A stretch of 64,000 bases of DNA from an uncultured delta proteobacterium (lineage in GTDB: Bacteria > Myxococcota_A > Polyangia > Polyangiales > Polyangiaceae), in NCBI GenBank assembly GCA_963716725.1, contig CAVQUB010000002.1, forward strand, positions 1 through 64,000, written 5' to 3'. Within the stretch, counting starts at the first letter, position 1. Each line of letters starts with the position of its first letter. The notes below the pieces were generated by a model. It ran no database searches and was not told the DNA's origin. It saw nothing but the letters and a program-made list of their open reading frames with translations. The translations under genes were made by a program, and so were the position numbers. This document shows, piece by piece, positions 62,913 to 64,000 of this stretch.

Positions 62913-64000
62913 TCAACGTGGGTCGCGGCCTCCCAAGCAAGGCGTGCGCCGAGCGAACATGCCGACCAGCACCACGCTAAAGATGACGTAAGCCGCGGCC
63001 ATGGCGTAGTAGCGCTCGTCCGGGGGCCGGAAGCGCAACGCCACGATCTGGCTCGTCGCGGCCAGCCCCAACGCTGCCATTTCGAGCGAACGTCGAGCTC
63101 GGGAGGCGACGGCCGCCAGCAGCCAGAGCGAGTAGTAGTAACAACTCGGATCAGTGACCGAGAGAATTGGCAGCATGCCCAGGCAGACGGCCAACCAAGC
63201 TGTTCGCAGCCTCCAGACGGTGTAGGCAAATCCACCCAGAAGGGCCGCGGCGGTCAACCAGTACGCGACGCGGTACTCGTCCAGGCGTGCCCGTCGGGCG
63301 CGAATCCAGGGCTCGATGCGATCGAGTTGGCGCGCGTCCTGAAGCTCCACCAAGCGGATATTCGGTGAGGCCGAGAACAGGGTGCGCAGGCTCATGTGGT
63401 TGGTGATCGGCGTCTGGGCGTGCATCCCGATGTGATCGACGAACTCGTCATAGGCGCGGAAGCCCCGCACGCTGGCCCCCCAGGGGATCAACAACGCTGC
63501 GCAGGTGACGGCGCCGGCGATCAGTCGTCGGTATCGAATCGAGAGCCGCCGGGTGATCACCAACTCTCGCAGCATCAGGACCAGCAGCCCCGAAAAGAGC
63601 AGAACTGGGAAGGCTCGGACCAGCGCGGCGTAGGCGAGCGCGGCGCCGGCGCCGAAGAAGTAGCGCTTGCGGAGCAGTGCCACCCCGAGGACGCAGGCAA
63701 ACAGCCAGTCTTGCCGGAGAAACGCGCCACCGGTCCAGTACAGCTCTGCCGGCGCCTGGCTGCCCCAGAACACCGTCGCCAGGGCGGCGATGCGCCACCC
63801 GAAAGCCCACCACAGGAGCAGCAGACAGCCGCCCATGAGGGCGACGTCAATGGCTGCGAGCCAACGGAAGTGAGCAATGCTCGGCGTCACCCGGTTGGAG
63901 ATGGCATGACCCGTCGCCGCCCAGACCGGCGAGGCGTTGAAGCCATGGTCGAGTTGCATCAGCTCCCACCACTCGCCGCCGCCAGAGACTCGGCGAAACC
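62913..64000 (-). CDS. Polytopic membrane protein, GT-C/GT87-like glycosyltransferase (5'-partial)
   Basis: DHGFNASPVW, WTGGAFLRQDW, RAFP, multiple TMs; frame is open to the window edge. Confidence 0.5.
   Translation of the reverse strand, partial: FRRVSGGGEWWELMQLDHGFNASPVWAATGHAISNRVTPSIAHFRWLAAIDVALMGGCLLLLWWAFGWRIAALATVFWGSQAPAELYWTGGAFLRQDWLFACVLGVALLRKRYFFGAGAALAYAALVRAFPVLLFSGLLVLMLRELVITRRLSIRYRRLIAGAVTCAALLIPWGASVRGFRAYDEFVDHIGMHAQTPITNHMSLRTLFSASPNIRLVELQDARQLDRIEPWIRARRARLDEYRVAYWLTAAALLGGFAYTVWRLRTAWLAVCLGMLPILSVTDPSCYYYSLWLLAAVASRARRSLEMAALGLAATSQIVALRFRPPDERYYAMAAAYVIFSVVLVGMFARRTPCLGGRDPR

Overview
High-GC, densely coding window that looks myxobacterial (Polyangiaceae-like). 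This is judged from the gene repertoire: Ser/Thr kinases, an AgmX/GltJ-like protein, many Cys-rich and Gly-rich lipoproteins, a TIGR04551-like barrel and an RpoH-family sigma factor. Housekeeping genes include modABC, xerC, hisF, an erpA/iscA-type carrier, rnpB, queA, tgt, korAB, an archaeal-type SAM synthetase and fetAB-like genes. About ten genes carry single-base frameshifts, probably long-read assembly errors. No CRISPR array, rRNA, tRNA or IS element was seen. Best novelty candidates: (1) a SPASM radical SAM gene followed directly by a cobalamin-dependent radical SAM fused to a PIMT-like methyltransferase, beside a degenerate-HExxH protein and an Fe-S carrier (36.0-40.5 kb); (2) an overlapping SurA-N, barrel-less POTRA lipoprotein and M48 protease trio (6.6-9.5 kb); (3) a tandem pseudo-histidine kinase with a receiver; (4) two sigma-54 promoters driving small Cys-rich peptides next to a putative clan-CD protease lipoprotein. 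All family assignments come from motif recognition by eye; no database search was run.
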